Shown: positions 1 through 11,649 of the stretch, in pieces
Position numbering within the stretch: position 1 is the stretch's first letter
How the letters are laid out: each line of letters opens with the position of its first letter
Source of the DNA: Selaginella moellendorffii
Lineage: Eukaryota > Plantae > Lycopodiophyta
Direction of reading: 5' to 3'
NCBI RefSeq assembly: GCF_000143415.4
Contig: NW_003314421.1
Span: 182,264 to 246,263 of the forward strand
DNA length: 64,000 nucleotides
Notes under the pieces: generated by a model
Told to the model about the DNA's origin: nothing
What the model saw: the letters and a program-made list of their open reading frames with translations, nothing else
Database searches by the model: none
Translations under genes and position numbers: made by a program

Positions 1-45
1 GTGGTTAAGTGACTAAAGTAGAATGGAAAAATTTAGTCGCTTACA
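1..45 (+). mobile_element. 3' end of a large gypsy-type LTR (same family as 30188-31694 and 48637-50481)
   Basis: gtggttaagtgactaaagtagaatggaaaaatttagtcgcttaca is nearly the reverse complement of the terminus at 48637-48681 and ends in CA. Confidence 0.8.
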
Positions 46-3000
46 ATGGCATCCATGCCCATCTATCTAAGCTCTCAAGGTCGTGGAGTGCGAGGTAGGT
101 CAGGGTCCCACGAGGAGGATTGTTACAAGGTTGGGGTCTTGGAACACGCACGGCAACAAGCCAAGATGGGAAAGGGCCCTTTGTATCAATGGCTAGGACA
201 CTACGACACAAGGCAGCAAGTGAGCCACACAAAGCAGCAGCTCAACAGGATGAGAACCGTGAGATAGAAGTGGTAGACATGTCTAGGTTGGGGGATGGCC
301 AGGTCCTCGAAAAAGCTGGAAGTGTAAGTTGTGCTAGAGGCAAAGTTTCCACTGAGAGTGGAGGAGAGGATGAAACTACCTCCCCTCACCCACTTGCATG
401 GTCACTAGCTGGAGTTTGTAAGCAACTAAAGAGAACAACTTGAGAGATGATCTATAGGGTTCAAATATAAAAGAAAAAGGCCGATAAATAATAGTGCACC
501 CCCTTTTCTAATTGGTTAAGGGTCTTGAATAGTATTGGGCTGGATGACCTCTCAGAAAGTTCAAATTCAGGAGCTTACATTTGGTATCAGAGAGGTCTTG
601 GGTCCGACTCTGTTGGTTCACTAAGGGAATCACACCATATGTTGATTGATACTTGGCAGGTCCAGTTTGCTCTAGCTGGGCTTGACCCAAGGGGTAGGGT
701 GTCAAAAGAGTAGAGCTCAAGAGAGAGTTGTGGCTCTCAGCTTCCATTCACGAGGGCATGAACTTGCAAGCAAACATGGTGGATTGTAAGCAACCAAAGA
801 GAATGATTTGAGTGATGATCCATGGGGTTCAAATATAGGGGGAAAGGGCCTATGAATAAGAGTGCACCCCCTTACCAATTGGTTTAGGGTCTTGGGATAA
901 TTGGGGTTAAATGTCCTTGAGTTTGAATAGTACTAAGTTGGGTGACCTCCCGAGAAGTCCAAATTCAGGAGCTTACAGAGTGCAAGAGATTCATGAGAGT
1001 CTCAGACCAGTCACAAGTCAGAAAGGCTTACGGGGAATCATCCCAAGCAACTTTGCAGTTGAGGGGATTCACAGGGATGGATATCTTATAGAAGCACAAG
1101 AGTGGTGCACTAGGGTCAGGTCAGGAGTCACCACCAGAGCAGCAGCACGTGCAGCAGCAGTAGAGCTAGGGCATAGGACATGAGAACTCAAGTCTACCCC
1201 ACCCAGAACGACCAAGAACAAAGAGGAACAAGGCCCTAGCATGGACGCACTTTTGTCCTACAAGATCAACATGGAAGCCTCACTAGAAGGTGAGTTCATA
1301 ATCCCTCACTCAAAGACACAACCAAGCTAAGAGATCTCCAGGGAGAATGGCTCTAGAGCTGAGCAAGGAACAGCCACTCTGAACACTAAAGTTTGCCTAC
1401 AAATGCTTGTCGAACCTTATGAACAAGCCCAGAGCTTCACTCCCATCTTCACCAGCTTATTCCTCAAGTGTGAGGCCCTGATCTAGCTTACAGCCCCCAG
1501 TGGCAAGGTTCTACACTGACTCAAGATAGGTTGGAGACAGCACAGACTGTCTACACTTGCTTTCGCCAAAGCTTGCAGGTGGTGGTATAGTCTCTGGAAC
1601 AGTGAGAGGTTCACGGAACAAGTGCATCGCAAGTCGACACAGTGAATACAGTAGGAAGTCTTGCAACTAACTCACCAACTAGATGACATGGAAGACATGG
1701 GGAATGTCTCACTGTGGGATGCATGTTGAGTAGCTCTGGGAATTCTAATAGAGAACCTCAAGACACGAAAGGACTAGGCAGTTGGCACACTCCCTGTTCA
1801 CGGGAATGCATCAAGCTCATGCCCAGCTGATGGGAACCTCCTGCACCACCTAGAGACTCCTATAGATCAGGCTGGGCTCATCCCTGACCCAGCAAGAATG
1901 CAGGAGGCAGCACGTCAGGTGGACCTTGCACACCAGCAACAAGTGAGGAAATCAGACTTAGAGTCTCTCACAGTTCTCCATGAGGGGCAGAAGGTGTTGC
2001 TCCCCTCTCCACTTCTGAGACTTGATGAGGCAGGGATGTTGGTCTGGGACCCTCACCACTTTGTGGAAAGGATCCAAAGGTCTCCACTTCCAATATGCAA
2101 AGAATTCCAATCAACTCTGCTGTCCATTATTAGAGAGCTGGACCTGAATCCTTTGGCAGAAGACCTCGTGTTGGGACCTACACTACGAGAAGCACAGGAA
2201 TTAATCACAAAGGTAGTGGTCACACAGCAAGCGGATTTGTTTGATGCATGGGCTTAAGAGCAAGGTGGCAAGTTAGATGTCACACCAACTCCAACAGATG
2301 ATGTGAGACTTGGAGAGCTAGAAACAAAGCCAGAGATGGAGCACTCACTAGATGAACAGTCAGATGGCACACTTCTATTCCAGGAACAGGATACCTTCAA
2401 CAAGAGGAAGACCAAACATGAGAAGAAGAAAGTGAAGCGAGCAACACGGTGGAAGCTTAAAGCTCTAGGACTTGCTAAGGAGAGCCCGTCCTGGACAAAC
2501 ACAGTTGAAGCCTTCCTTGAGGAGGAGCAGGCCCCCACTGATAAGAGAGCAAGCACGCAGGAGGACCAACGCCAAGAGGTTGACACATCTAAGTGAGTGG
2601 CAAAGACCTAGTTGAGAGCAGGGAAGACTCGGGGCCACGGAAAGGTGGCAGAAGCACTACACTCCTTGGAGGGAATAGTGATGGCAACAAGAAGAATCCC
2701 TCCCATAATATGAATGGGGAAAAATTGGATCAATGCAACGTTGGGATAGGGAATCCTCATGAAGAAGATGCTGCCACACAGGAAGGGCTGTTACACAGTT
2801 GTCTTTGAATAAGAGGAGACACAATCTTAGACAAAGGCCATGCATGGCCTCATTGATGAGAATTGGGCAGTGTCATTCCACCCATGGATCCCGAGGTTCA
2901 TGGCAAAGGACCAGGCATGTCTTAGGGGTGGGAGCTTTCCAATGAACATCACACTGTAGGACCCATGGAAATGTGGACCACAATGGTGATCCAGGAGCTG

Positions 3001-4592
3001 GTTGAAGGGAGTATTGGCCAGATAGTGGCTGGTCTCAAAACTGTAGAAGCAAAGGGTGTCCTTGGCCCCATCCGACTCAACGTTTTTGTGTCAGCCTCAG
3101 CTGAAATCCTGGCAAAGATTGCAGTGCTAGGCAAATATATCAGGATCCAAATGGAGAACTCGGAATCTAGATGCAACTTTTGTCAGTGTGTCAGACATCA
3201 GGAGGAGGCCTGCTCATTCAAGTGGAATAGGCTGGCCTCCCATAAGCCTTTTGAGCTATCGGAAGAGCAGGAGAAGATCTTGAAGGCATGCCCTCCAGAC
3301 CAAGCTCCCCACATTCACTTCCCAGTTGCTCCACCACTCTTGGGTTCTTCCTCACAGCCCCAACTATTCAAGTGACCTATCACAGATGCCAAAGGGGATG
3401 GCTTCCAGCCGGTCCTCCCTCTAATAGTAGGAATGGCGGTCAAGTGGATTCCGCCTAAGCGGGAATTAAGTCCCACTAAGGTGGGAGACTGGCTGATGTG
3501 CTGTGGGAGCACAGCCTTCCTAGAGGTTGTTACCATTGGCAACTACCAGACACACCTGGAGAGTGCCATCATTGAGTGGATAGGCTTTGCGAAATACACT
3601 GTCCGAGGCTTCTCCTGGACAAAGTATAGGGGGGAGATGACTGTGGTGTGGACCATCTCCACAGAATGGAGGGCAAGACCCCGCAACACTTCACTTTCTT
3701 GGAAGGACGTGGCTCCATAACAACACTCACAATTGTCACTTGGAACTGTCGAGGACTCAGCTGGACCGGCAGTTGACTCAACAAAAGGGCGCAGCTCAAG
3801 TCCCACATCCATGAGATCAACTTAGAAAGAGGCATCAGCATCCTGTATCTGCAAGAGCACAAAATGACCGAGGCCCCAGACTACACCTTTGGTATGAGGG
3901 GATGTGGAACCTGGCCACGCAAGCAGTACCCAGATCAGGAGGTGGCACAGTGATAGTCTCAACCAAATGGTCTGCTCAGGTATGAAACCACATTGTCTTG
4001 TTTCAAGGAAAGGCTCAGCTGCTTGTCCTTCATCTCCACTTCGAATGGGGGGTTAATTAATGTCTATGCACCAACTGGGAAAGGAAGACGTGCAGAATTC
4101 TAGTTGAGCATGTCGCAATCTGCCCAAGGGCAAGCAGATGAATGGCTGGTCCTAGGAGACTTTGGTTGAGGACATTTGCGATCGTAGGGGAATGCAGGAA
4201 ACAATTCAACTACGCAAGCGGGAGCAGCGAAGTTAACTCGTGGACACACTAGGGATCATGAACCTCGAACATATAGTGGGGTTCGCACCTCATGCTCACC
4301 TCTTTATGAGGCGGCAGACAATGACCTCCCAGTCGAGACTGGACCAGATCTATGCCTCAACTCGCATACGGCAGGATGGTGGAAGCCTTAAAACGTGGCT
4401 CGGTTTCACCTCCTTCTCAGATCACGACCCCCTCTGCTGTGTGATCAAGCTTCAAAGGAACAAAGGGACAGCAGTCCAGCGTTCAATCACGAGAGCAACG
4501 CTGCGAGACTCGGTGACAATCAGGCTAATACATGACACCCTCGTGCAAGACAAGATGGGACTGATCCCAATGCTCTTGTCTTGCTCCCAGAA
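46..4592 (+). mobile_element. Degenerate L1/Tx1-type LINE (ORF1 and endonuclease part of ORF2), 3'-truncated, interrupted by a TRIM at 417-977
   Basis: Peptides collinear with the LINE at 11464-19231: SGVTTRAAA, GVLGPIRLNVFVS, knuckle remnant CNFCQCVRHQEEAC, WIPPKREL, and APE endonuclease motifs TWNCRG, QEHK, SRLDQIY, SDH. Many stops and frameshifts. Confidence 0.85.
417..977 (+). mobile_element. Cassandra-like TRIM (non-autonomous LTR element with a 5S rRNA-derived segment in its LTRs)
   Basis: LTRs 417-579 and 785-977 (TGTAAG...CTTACA); iMet PBS TGGTATCAGAG at 582-592; flanks GAGTT/GAGTG (near-TSD); 905-960 aligns gaplessly to plant 5S box A-IE-box C. Confidence 0.85.
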
Positions 4593-5354
4593 CAATCCTC
4601 CTCATGAACGCTAGGATGATCCCGAGCACGAACACTGCCAAGGCAGTCGGGATCCTCTGGAAAAACTTCACAAGCTTTGACGATCTCGCTTGATGTTCTT
4701 CACAGTGCTCTTCATGATCATCGTGATGACGATCACCTTCACTGTTTGTCATGAAGTACTCGTAGCCCTCACCGGATACATTCACCAGCATGATGAATGC
4801 AAAGCAAATCACTGTGAGGAGAATTCCATCCAAGTCCAGCTGTGGTCAATCACCCATTGCCTTGTCCCTAGAGAGATTTTGATCCTTCATCAAGTGAGTG
4901 ACAGCCTTGACCGCGAAAGAGCCCATGCGCAAGCTGGATGCCACAAACCACCGGCAATGGCACGATCCAAGCCACGACCCGTGATCAAGCCCATGGTTCC
5001 AAGCACAAACACGATCGCAGACACAGTGATCCCCGCGGCCATGATCTCATCCACATGGAGATGCTTGGATTCGGTGAAGGCCACCACTGTGATGGATTTC
5101 GTGGGCTGGACAGGCATTGGCACACCAAAGAGCACACTAGTGAGAATGTTGTAGATGCCTGTGGCGATGAGAGATGTACCAAGATCCATGCCATTGATGA
5201 GAGCTAGAGCCATGACAATCGGGATGAATGTGCCCAGGTCGCCCAGCGAGCTGCTGAGCTCCTGCCATGGCCGCCTGCACTGGAGATTGCTGCGCAGCCC
5301 TGTGCCATCACTGGGAGAATCCACCGCTCCTCCCGCTCATGCCTCTTCCTCCAT
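4593..5354 (-). pseudogene. MOT1: Molybdate transporter (MOT1/MOT2 family) pseudogene, copy 1, 5' part only
   Basis: ELSSSLGDLGTFIPIVMALAL...GIYNILTSVLFGVPMPVQP.KSI family motif; premature stop and frameshift; joined to the LINE at ~4592. Confidence 0.85.
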
Positions 5355-5590
5355 GGATGGGTGCCACTGCCTAAATTTATATAGTCCAAAAGCTGGCTAC
5401 CAAGAGACCATTGGAAATGAGCAAAGAATTTTCTCTTTAATCATACATGATAATCTGTCAAAGAATACCCTCTTTAATCACGAGGACACAGAATCTACAC
5501 CCACACTAGTTTCAAACAAAATTGCTACTATTTGCTAGTAGAATTCCTAGAATCTACACTTAAAGCTTCAACACCATGAGATCTTTGTCC

Positions 5591-6009
5591 TCAATTTCTA
5601 GACTTTGCTCCCAGCAAGCACATCCAATCCACTGAAACTGGCTTATAAGGCATGCTCCTCACAAGTTCCTCAGCCTCTTCCACACACCCAGCTCGCCCCA
5701 AGCAATCCACCATGCAGCAGTAACCTTGCCTTGATCCTTGGTAGTGGCGAGATGCCCTTCTTGGGCGTGTGCCAAGAACATAATGACCCACAAGTGGCAG
5801 TCACATTGCTCCATGGAGTCAAACACTGCTTGCGTGCGCTGGATCTTGCCCAGCTTGCCATACCAAATGATGACGAGATTGGAGAGGTAGTAGCAATCGC
5901 CAGGCAGCATTTGCTTCTGGGCGATCTCAATCCGGGAATGGGCATCGATTGCCTGCGAGGAATTGGTCGCAGAAGTGATGAGATCCACACACTCGGACTT
6001 GGACAGCAT
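5591..6009 (-). pseudogene. PLS-class PPR protein fragment with internal deletion, copy 1
   Basis: SNLVIIWYGKLGKIQRTQAVFDSM...W..MFLAHAQEGH joined out of frame to YCCMVDCLGRAGCVEEAEELVRSMPYKP...W.CLLGA (typical PLS PPR motifs). Confidence 0.85.
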
Positions 6010-6688
6010 CAGTTTCGCTCGACACCAAAGCTAGCCTCTCACAAGATTAGAGAGAAGGGAGAGATTAGGGAAATTCTCGATGGCATCCTTCCAAGGTAGC
6101 ACTTCCAGGATCCCCTAGCTTGGTTTGTTCATTCTAGTGAGTCAATGCATTGCAAAGAGCTTTTCTTAGCTGCCTTCAAACAGTTTCCTTAGGCACTATT
6201 CCATCTATGTTCTGTCCAACTGCGATCTTTAGTCTTAATCATTCCATGGCAAAGTCTCTCCACGGCACTCATCCAAAATGCTAAGGCCTTTAGGGATGGA
6301 CAAAAGGCTATGATGGGGATAGATCACACCCGGTATTCAAGTCATGGGACCAGTATTTTACATATTGTGGCCATTCAAGGTATATTTGTGCTGTTTCATT
6401 TTCAATCACTTGATGTTATCTTTTGTACTCCAGGTTTGGACAAGTGAAAGACCTAGTCAATGTGTCTCTGGATTCTATTGCAGACATGAGGAAACTAGAA
6501 GAGGATCAAAAGATGTATGCATGCAGAATGTTTGGATGGGTTAAGAACACAGCAATGTGCAAGTATTTGGAGCCAAAGCTCAGTGTGAAAAAGAGTAAGT
6601 AAAACTTCATAGTTTGTTCTGTCCACAATCAATCTGAGAATTTTTCTGGACTATAGAAGCAAAGCATTTGCCTATATATTTGTGTGTG

Positions 6689-8750
6689 TGTAGGCTACAA
6701 TACCATATACTAATGTTAGCATAGTGGGATTTTAGTAGGTGTCAGATTAATTTCAATCAAGACCATTCGCTCTTGTATATAAACTAAGGTTTTTGGGTTA
6801 ATTTGTATTCCCTTTCCATATTTCATGCACTTACATTGGTGGAAGTGAGGGGCATCTTTGATTACCCCTGAAGAGTGCTTGAATTTGGGATTTTGATTTA
6901 GATCTAGTTTTTTCCATTTCCTTTCTTTTGTTTTTTCTTTTCAAGATTTTGGTTTAGATTTAGCTTTTGCATTGTTTAAATTTTCCTTTTCTTCTAGCTT
7001 TTCTTTATTTCTCTTCTTTTACTCTTTCCTTTCAATTCATCTTCATGGCAGAGCAACAGTCTCCTCTTCCTTTGACTCTATAATAATAGTTGGTGCAATT
7101 GTTTGATACTATGCACTTGCAATTGCTTGGTGTTATGTGCTTGCAATTGCACAACCAAACTTAGTTGATGGCTGCATTCATGGCATATGGTATAGCTCCT
7201 CTTGCCCAATTTTTGTGTTCGGTTGGAGTTCTTTCGTGGGAATCTTGGGGATGATGTATACCATTGGTTTGATCACTTCACAATGATTACCACATATCAT
7301 TCTTGGGATGATGCTAAACCCTTGGCGTCAACAATGTCCTATTGGTGCTACTACAGTGAAAGGTTTGGACACCGAAATGTATTTGGGAAACAAGGAGTTG
7401 CACAAGCAATAGAGGGACATTGTATGAATAAGTCAGTGACCCTTCCATTTTTCTTTTGGGAGTATCATAAAAGGGTTCACTCGGCACCAGTTTATCCAGT
7501 CTTTACTTTTTAAGCTCGTTTTTATAACAAAAGGTCTTCTATTATTCTCTCTGTATTGGTTGATATAGATTCGAGTTTATCTTCTATTGCTCAACTTGTT
7601 ACTATACATTGCTATCTACACTTGCATCTTGCATCAGAGCTAATTTTCATTCTTTATGGCAATGGCCATACACATGCATGTGCATGGGATGGGGTGGACC
7701 TAATTGTGCATGTAAGCGATCTTGAGTTTGGGTTGCAATCATTGTGGGTGGTGCCGAATCAAGCTTTTGACTTCATCCTTAGTATGGATTGGTTATAGTG
7801 CAATTATACCAAATGTGACTTTGAGGCTTCTCCCTCTTGTCTCATATTTCCTTATATTTCATAGATTCCTCTCACTTCCGTACTTTTTTGTCCCTCTACT
7901 TGAAGCGGTTAAAGTGCGTATTTGGGTTCAAGAACATGACTTATCTTGGGTACCGTATTTCTCATGAGGGTTTGCAAGTTGATCCTAACAAACTTATGGC
8001 TATTTTAAAGTTCCCTACTCTAAAGTGTGTGAATGATGTGCAACGCTTCCTGGGCAAGGTACAATATCTCGGTCATTTTGTGGATCATATTTTTTATTGC
8101 ACTACACCGTTGCGAGCATTGTTGAAGTCATTAATATCATCTTTCATCTGGTCTTCGGATTGTGAGTGGGAATTTGTGGATCTCAAAAAGCTATTGACGA
8201 CTCCTCTAGTTTTGGCATATCTTGACCACACTCGACCTTTCATTTTGCGTGTGGATGCTTCTCATATTAGTCTTTGAGGAGTGCTGATGCAAGAGAGCCC
8301 GAGTGTGCCTGGTTAGTGTCATTCCATTGCATATATAAGCCATATATTACAACCAACGGAGGTGAACTACTTCACGACAAAGAAAAGAGTGTTTAGTAGC
8401 AGTCTAGGGTTTTGAGAAACTTTATGCATATTTACATGGTTCTCAAAACGTTACTAGAAGGTGATTATGCTACCGTTACTTCATTATTAAAGAGGAAGAA
8501 CCTGGTTGGTCATACTGTTTAGTGGGCCTTGAAGCTTCAGATATATGTTTTTCGTGTTGTTCATCCCCCGGGAAGTTCTATGGCTGATGCTAATACCCTT
8601 TCTCAAGATCTTCTTCCTTTTTCACTTTCTTCTCATGATTCTGACAAGCATGTTGTTCTAGCATCTGTGAATTTTCTAGATAAGAATTCTGTGCCATCGG
8701 TGGTTGTGGGCATGGCCTCCTGTTCATTATTGGACGAATACAAACATCTT
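6689..8750 (+). mobile_element. Highly degenerate Ty3/gypsy remnant (possible LTR 6689-6835 and PBS; gag, protease and RT/RNase H fragments)
   Basis: TYLGYRISHEGLQVDPNKL.AI..FP......DVQRFLG...Y...F; PLVLAYLDHTRPFILRVDAS; TTACA followed by TTGGTGG at 6831-6842. Confidence 0.75.
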
Positions 8751-9869
8751 ACTCCTGTAATACATCTGCCTAAGGATCATGTCCTCGTAGAGCTCCAATC
8801 CCTCCTCCCTCATCACAAGCTGGAGAAATTCCTTGATAGGGCCACTGTGGCGGCAGTGGCAATACAGCTGATCCATGGAAATCCTGGCCCTCTTGCCTGC
8901 AAATGCACTGCTACTGGCTACCATACTGGAGATTGCATATAAGAATGTCTGTCAAACCCATAGCAGCGTATCAGCCACACTAATGGTAGCAAGTATATTT
9001 GCAAAGTATTGAAAATGCCAAAACATACTTGTAGTTACAAAAAAGAACTTTGAAACTTTAATACATATAAATTCCTCTAAAGCACCGATGTGACTAACAA
9101 GGAAACCATAGACACCAAACATGTTTGTATATTGCTGATTTATATCTAAGGGGCAGAGTGCTGCTCTTTTGAGACAAAAGTAGCTTCCAAGTCTAACTAG
9201 TAGATGATAGTGATGTAGTCAAGTGAATGGTTGGGGCCATTTATTGAGGCCTTATGTCAAGTATAAAATCTTGACTCCATTTTATTCCATTGTCATTACA
9301 CCACAAGTGAGAGCTCAAGCTACCCCTAGTGCCCTTTTGTTTGCCAAAGTTGTGGCCTATTAAGCACCATCTTTGACCATATATTAAAGTATAAGAACTT
9401 GGTTAGGGGAATTTCAAGAAAAGGTGTAGCATAGTTGCTATACTTTTTTTGTCTTTTATCACCAGATTGTAATATTAGTATTAGAGAAGTTAATTGTGAT
9501 GGTTGACCAAGAGGAACATTAGAATCTTATTATCGATGGTGGTGCCAATAATATTGCCAATAGAGTCATAAAGGTTTGGACTATCCATAATGTTGTTCAT
9601 AAGCTGCAAACCCTCAATCAAATTAGCAAGAAATGCAAGAAGAGATGCATATTATGACAATTACCATGTGTGGGTATGTTAAGGCACTCAAAGCTCACTC
9701 CAAATAAGACTTTCTTAGTGGATTGGCTCAAGATTCCAACCCTTTTTAGTGATTGTGGCATGAATAAGTGTCTAGCAATTGCAAAGGGTTCCAAAAGTAT
9801 AGGAAGGAGAGTGAAGATAAAGACCCATTCTTGAAGGAACTCTTTAGAGGTGCTTTTAAACTATGTTAA

Positions 9870-10285
9870 GGTTAGGGCTAGGGGTTAATAGCCTTAGGTG
9901 AGTGAGCATATATTTAAGGGGTGTCAGAGAAGAGCAATACTCATTCTCAGAAGAGAAACTGACTACAATACTTTCATCTTAAATAAAATGGTGCCCCACT
10001 TGAGTACTATAAGGTTCATTGGTCCTTGCCCCTTCCTAAAGGCTTAAGCCTTCCCTTTGGGATGGAAGTGGGGAGTTAGGGTACTTATATCGAATATTTA
10101 AATTATGGTGTTTCCCTTTGAGGTCTCAAACTATTATATACACCCCAAGATTTAGGATTTAGAACAAGTTTTGTTATACCTTAAAAACCTCAAGGATTAG
10201 TAGGTTAGCCAAACTTTAAGTTTAGTTTAACTCAAAAAAGGATTGGGAGAGAGTTTAAGAATTTGTGAAGAAATGGTTAACACCC
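9870..10285 (+). mobile_element. Degenerate LTR fragment related to 21760-22240
   Basis: Collinear blocks such as gagtac..ggttcattggtcct..cccttccta..gccttccctttgggatggaagtgg and cttaagt..agt.taac.c. Confidence 0.65.
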
Positions 10286-11649
10286 TATTACTTGTGTAGT
10301 GAGAGTTGGTCTTTTTATAAGTGAAAAATCAAGCTTAATAAACAGAGTTATCTTTAAGCTTTGAAGATGCTTAAATCTCTACACTTTTAATTAAAGAAAA
10401 AAATATAAAAAATTAGTGTCTTTGGCAAGATTTCTACCACTAGATTTCTTGAACAAGTTTGCAATTAATACACAAAAAGCCCTATAACTTCGTGCTACCT
10501 TGGAATAGGCCCAATCTCATTTCTCATTTGTGCCACTTCTTTAGTGCCAATAGCTGTGTCACCACTGCCAAGTGCCCCTTCTTTTCCTGGGTCCAGCCAT
10601 CCTTATCACTTACTATTGGACCAAAATCTTCATGATTTCCCAATGGCAAGATTGTGATGGGGCAAATGTTACACACTAGATTGAGTGGTAGGCCAAGTCC
10701 AAGCTATAATGTCATTCCTCCACCATCTTCCTATGCCCATAAAGAAATATTCTATGGCTTTTGCACATCACTTAGGCATTGAGAGGGCACTTGCTAACTA
10801 AAGTGCTTCTTTCTTAGTTGTTACCAGTGTGGGTATGTACTAGCCCTTCCTCAACTTGTTAAGAGATTTCAGTAGAGTATCCAAGAGATAGTGGATACAT
10901 AAATATTAAGCACTATATTGCTCTAGCACTTCGGTGAGCCAAGCTCTATAGTCCACAACAATTGCCTTATCTAGGCATTTGTTGCAAGCAGCAAATCCAG
11001 CACTTATTTGCTAGGTAGTGGTCCATCTAGAAGGCATTCCAATGTCACTCTTGACACTCTAGTGAAGGACTAGAGCTTTTCTTACAAGCCAATGTGAAGG
11101 ATAGGGGAAAACATTCACAATTAGTGTAGTGACAAAAAATTGTAAAGAATTAAAGAGAACAACTTGAGGACAACAACTTGAATTTAGATTTCCCAGGAGG
11201 TCACCCTACCTACTATTATTTAAATCTAAGGACACTTAACCAAATATCCCAAAACCTTTAACCGATTGGAAAAGGAAGTGTACTCTTATTCATAGGCCTT
11301 TTCCCTTTATATTTGAACCCTATGGATCATCTCTCAAGTTGTTCCCTTTAATTTCTTACAATCCATTATGCTTTCTTGCAAGTTCACGCCCTCGTGAACA
11401 AAAGTTGAGAGCCACAACTCTCCTGAGAGCCCCACTCTTTTGACACCCTACCCCTCGGGTCGATGAAACGTGTATGTACATTCCCCAATGTCCCTTAGGG
11501 ACTAATACAAAAACCGGGCATGCTGCCCGAAGCTCATGCTACCTAGTGGAGATCTCCCTCATGTAAAGTGATACTAAGCCTGCAGTAGAAGCGGCTGCGG
11601 TTGTCTCCGTCGTATCGTGTCCAAATCCAAGTCCCCCCTTCATGCTAAC

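Noticed and set aside
905-960. 5S rRNA gene
   Set aside because: Only the internal-promoter segment is present, and it is embedded in an LTR.
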